Origin: Cladosporium halotolerans
Lineage: Eukaryota
Reading direction: 5' to 3'
Assembly (NCBI RefSeq): GCF_011745625.1
Contig: NW_027191459.1
Location: forward strand, 62,001 to 126,000
DNA length: 64,000 nt
The notes beneath the pieces were generated by a model, which worked only from the letters and a program-made list of their open reading frames with translations, had not been told where the DNA came from and searched no databases. Position 1 is the first letter of the stretch. Each line of letters starts with the position of its first letter. Of the stretch, positions 59,372 through 64,000 are shown in pieces. Made by a program: the position numbers and the translations under genes.

Positions 59372-62300
59372 ATGAGCCACAACGACGAGGCCGCCGTGCA
59401 GGAGCTCATCCGCAAAATCGACCGCGAAAATGCCATCATCAACGCCGCCCGCCAGATGTCGCAGGCCACCAACAACCCGGCCGTCAGCTCGCGTGTCGAC
59501 TCGCAGATCCGCGAGGCCACTCGCAACATCAACTACTTCGAGCAGACCCTGCGCGACATCCAGACCCGCCAGATGGGCAACGCCATGGGCAGTCTGAACG
59601 TGGGAGGTAGTTCTGGCGGTCCCATGCCACCTCATCATGGTGTGCCACAAAACGGACAGAGTGGAAGAGGCATGAACAACCAGAGCGGCTACGGCCAGCA
59701 ACAAGCAGACTACGGCGCGCCCGGTCCTGGAGGCTACAGCATGGGCGCCGGAAATGGCATGATGCCTCCAAGAGCGCCGTATGCGCCGCCTGGTCCTGAA
59801 GAAAGATCGCCACGCGCACGCCCCAACTACAGCAAGCTCGGTGAGTTGGTCTTGTCGAAAGCTTTCCACGGTACTGCCAGCTAACATCCAATTTTCTAGA
59901 CTTGATTAAAGCCGACACTCAGCATCTTGGCCCTCGGATTCAACTCATGTTGTCTCAGCTCGAGTTCAAGCTCAGTGTTGAAAAGCAGTACAAAGATGGT
60001 ATCGAGAAGATGGTGAAGCTCTACCAAATGGCGGGTGACCGCAAGAGCCGAGCGGACGCCGAAGGCAAGAGGGTGGAAAGTAATCAGAAGATCCAATTGC
60101 TCAAATTGGCGTTACGAAGATATGAGGATCTCCACGTCGTCGACAATGAGCCAGACTCGCCAGATGATGACAGCACCGATATTCCGACTCAGCGAAAATC
60201 GATCAGCGGACAGATCTCTGTACGGATCAATGCTGTCGCCGACGTCGACCACGCCGCCACCGGAAGATTTCAGCGCGGTCCGGAAACTTTTGTCATCATG
60301 AAGGTTGAAGATGTTTTCAAGGGCCGGACAAAGGCCACTCGCACCGACCGATGGCCAGATGAGGTGCACGACTTCGATGTGGACAAGGCTAACGAAATTG
60401 AGTTTACGGTGTACGACCGCTCTGGCGACAACGCGACGCCTATAGGATTGCTCTGGATCCGACTACAGGACTTGGTGGACGAGCTCAGAAGAAAGAGGGT
60501 GGAGACGGAATTCCAACAGGCCGGCTGGACTACCGCTGATAAAATGGCTGATGGCGGACCTCGGCCTGACATGCAGTTTCAGCCTCCTCCTGGCTCTCAG
60601 GGTGGAGCGGCTGGCCGACCTGATGTCGGACCTGGCGCTGGTGGCCCCGGAATGCAACCCCAGACTGGACCAGTTTTTGTTGATGCATGGTTTACCTTGG
60701 AGCCGGTTGGCCGTATTCAACTCACCATCAGCTTCACGAGGCAAGCGCACGCCAAGAGCAAGTTCGATGTCGGTCTTGGACGTAAAGGTGCCGTTCGTCA
60801 GAAGAAGGAGGATGTTGTCGAACAGTATGGCCACAAATTCTCGGTGCAGACTTTCTACAACATCATGCGCTGCGCGTACTGCGGCGACTTCCTCAAGTAC
60901 ACTGCTGGCATGCAGTGCGCGGACTGCAAGTACACCTGCCACAAGAACTGCTTCTCCAAGGTCGTCACCAAGTGTATCAGCAAATCGAACGCCGAGACCG
61001 ATCCCGACGAGGAGAAGATCAACCACAGAATTCCGCATCGCTTCGACGCCTTCAACAACATGGGTGCAAACTGGTGCTGCCACTGCGGCTACATGCTTCC
61101 GCTCGGCAGGAGCAAGGCGCGACGATGCACGGAGTGCAAGCTTACTTGCCACTCAGGATGCGTTCACCTTGTACCAGATTTCTGCGGTATGAGCATGGAG
61201 AGCGCGAACCAGATCTTGGCCGAGTTGAAGGGCATGAAGGGCAGAATGATGAACAACAGTGCCAGATTAAGGCCACAGTCCACTCCCAACACGAGGCCCA
61301 CGCCCCCACAGCAAAGCCAGAGCTACGCACCTGCGCCTGGTCATCAAGAGAAGCTTCAGGCGGAGGAGCGTTCGCAGGAAAGGCCATTTTCTTATGGCAG
61401 TGGCAAGGAGCGCAACTCTGATCACTACGATCAGCCCCCCAGGACCAGCACGTACGGCCAGCCGAGTGGAACATCGCTGGACGCAGCGAAGGCTTCAATG
61501 ACGGGTGGAAGTGTACCTTCTTCGCCGGAGATGCAGCAGCAACCCAGGCCTCCTCCCGCGAGAGTGCAGTCATCGCAATCTGCTGCTGCCGCCGCTGCCG
61601 CTTCTGCAGCACTTTCTGGCAAGCGAACTTCTGCGGCACAGGATCCCAGAAGCAACTATGGCCGCATGTCTTCCGGTGACTATCAGCAAGGACACCAGTC
61701 TAGGACATCAGGCCCTTACGCCGATGGCTACAAGGAGAGCAAACAGCTGCCCTCGTCCCAGCCACAGCAGCCTGCGTACGATCCCTCAGCGTACGCTGCT
61801 GTCAGCGGATACCCTCAATATCAGCAGCAGCCCCCTATGCACCAGCAGCCGCCGCCCTCCAAGTCTCCGTACCAACAACAAATGCCGCCGCCCCCGCAAG
61901 TGCAAACTCCTCAACACCAGGCCCCTGTGCAGCAGCCTCCGCAGCAGCAAGCACCGCCTTCAGTCACAATGCCGATTGTCGAGCAACGCAAGGCTGCACC
62001 GCCTGCCAACACCCAAGGTACTGGCAAGCGCATTGGCTTGGATCACTTCAACTTCTTGGCTGTGCTTGGTAAGGGTAACTTCGGTAAGGTCATGCTAGCA
62101 GAGACGAAGACAACCAAATCTCTGTACGCCATCAAGGTCCTGAAGAAGGAGTTCATCATTGAGAATGACGAAGTGGAGTCCACTCGCTCCGAAAAGCGCG
62201 TGTTCCTCATCGCCAACAAGGAGAGGCATCCCTTCCTCACGAACCTGCACGCCTGTTTCCAGACCGAAACCCGCGTCTACTTCGTCATGGAGTACATCTC

Positions 62301-63085
62301 CGGTGGTGATCTCATGCTGCACATCCAACGCGGCCAATTCGGCACGAAGCGCGCCCAATTCTACGCCGCCGAAGTCTGCCTCGCCCTCAAGTACTTCCAC
62401 GAGAACGGCGTCATCTACCGCGACCTGAAGCTCGACAACATCCTCCTGACGCTCGACGGCCACATCAAGATCGCCGACTACGGCCTCTGCAAGGAGGACA
62501 TGTGGTACGGCAGCACGACGGGCACCTTTTGCGGCACGCCCGAGTTCATGGCCCCCGAGATCCTGCTCGACAAGAAGTACGGCCGCGCCGTCGACTGGTG
62601 GGCCTTCGGCGTCCTCATCTACCAAATGCTCCTGCAGCAGTCGCCCTTCCGCGGCGAGGACGAGGACGAGATCTACGACGCCATCCTCGCCGACGAGCCC
62701 CTGTACCCCATCCACATGCCGCGCGACTCCGTCTCGATCTTGCAGAAGCTGCTCACGCGCGAGCCCGAGCTGCGTCTTGGCAGCGGCCCGACGGACGCGC
62801 AGGAGATCATGAGCCACGCCTTCTTCCGCGGCGTCGACTGGGACGACGTCTACCACAAGAGGGTTCCGGCGCCCTTCATGCCGACCATCAAGAACCGGGC
62901 GGACACGAGCAATTTCGACAGCGAGTTCACCAGCGTCACGCCGGTTTTGACGCCCGTGCAGTCCGGTAGGTTTCAAGTCTTTTCCACCTGTGGTTATGGA
63001 TCTCTCGCTAACGTATTTCGCAGTGCTCTCCCAAGCTATGCAGGAGGAGTTCAGAGGATTCTCTTACTCGGCGGATTTCGTCTGA
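59372..63085 (+). CDS. PKC1: Protein kinase C; introns ~59841-59899 and ~62967-63023
   Basis: Two HR1 domains, C2, pseudosubstrate RKGAVRQKK, two C1 domains, kinase domain ([27 protein letters not shown]), hydrophobic motif QEEFRGFSY. Confidence 0.97.
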
Positions 63086-63798
63086 GCTGCTCGTTCGGGT
63101 AATTGTATCACTTGAATTACCGACACGGCCCTGCCCTTTCAAGACGGCAGTCTATCTCTCGTTTGACTCCGGTTTCTCTTTCAGGACGCGAGAACGACAC
63201 AACACGGAAGACAAGCCGGAAGAGAAACTTCGAGCCCCGCCGGGCCCCGCGTGAACGATCGCTACACGAAACGGAGGCGGCCGACCCGCGTCTTTCGATC
63301 CTTTTCTTTGCCATGGCGGACGAGACACGAAGGTGGACGATCGCTTCGATTCGAGCCGCGTGGAAGCAAAGCAATTGGGACGCTCTCGCACAATGCACAA
63401 ATTCAACAAATGAGATGAAGACGGGCATTGATTGGTTCTTGCGGGCAGGAAAGCCAAATTGTTCGAAGGGACGTATGCTTGAGCCTTCCATGGTTTTCGG
63501 ACCCACAACGACGGCTTCTCGAAGACTGTGACGGTGAGGCGGTCAATGCATCAGACGCTGAGACGCAAATGTTCAAAATTGCGGAGGGAAGGAAGGACAG
63601 GATAATGTGAAGATATCTCCTCACGGGCGTCAGGAGGAGAAAAGAGAAAGTTAGCGAACGAAGCGAGAAGGAGCAAAGCGGGATGAAAACGAAAAGTTAA
63701 TAGACGCACGCACGTCCTCTCCATAACGGTCTTTTTTTCACGAATCCATAATCAAAAAGAAAAGTTTCTCTTAAATTCGCCCAACCTATCACTTCCCA

Positions 63799-64000
63799 TT
63801 ATCCGAACCTCCCCATCAACCCCTCCCTCACCCGCCCATTGACCACCGCCCCAACCCCATACGCGGGCAGCACCCTCGCCATCCTCGCCACCGACGCCCC
63901 AACCCATCCCTGCCTCACCCGTCCCCACCTCTCCCCATATCCCAACCTCCCCCGCCGCGCGTGCAGGTCCAGCGCGAAGAGGTGCAGCGGCGTCGCGGCC
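63799..64000 (-). CDS. 3' end of a conserved fungal membrane protein (mitochondrial-carrier-like), truncated by the window edge
   Basis: Open frame ATPLHLFALDLHAR...ARMARVLPAYGVGAVVNGRVREGLMGRFG*. Confidence 0.65.
   Translation of the reverse strand, partial: AATPLHLFALDLHARRGRLGYGERWGRVRQGWVGASVARMARVLPAYGVGAVVNGRVREGLMGRFG

Overview
Gene-dense, intron-containing fungal DNA from a filamentous ascomycete (probably a Dothideomycete; inferred from protein style and GTRAGT...CTRAC...YAG introns). About 24 coding loci are recognisable: a histidine phosphatase, a protoglobin-like protein, a Gpr1/Git3 GPCR, PI31, a chlorophyllase-like hydrolase, an orphan with a duplicated domain, SMC1, GPC1, a sedolisin, mitochondrial S12, SCC2, RPA12, DOHH, NECAP, SHE9, a HAD phosphatase, a SUN-domain protein, UDP-glucose epimerase, NNT, a GFA protein, a small 2-TM orphan, an MFS pump, a cysteine synthase-rhodanese fusion, PKC1 and a partial gene at the right edge. 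The most unusual part is ~36.5-45.4 kb. There an intact SUN-domain gene sits tightly between two oppositely oriented, RIP-like-mutated arrays of one non-coding ~110-130 bp repeat family. The arrays are interrupted by short gene pieces: an inverted, tandemly triplicated fragment homologous to the SUN gene itself, a dead AA9 LPMO N-terminus, and two copies of a basic RKAAxKKAxxT motif. All alignments were done by eye; no database searches were run.
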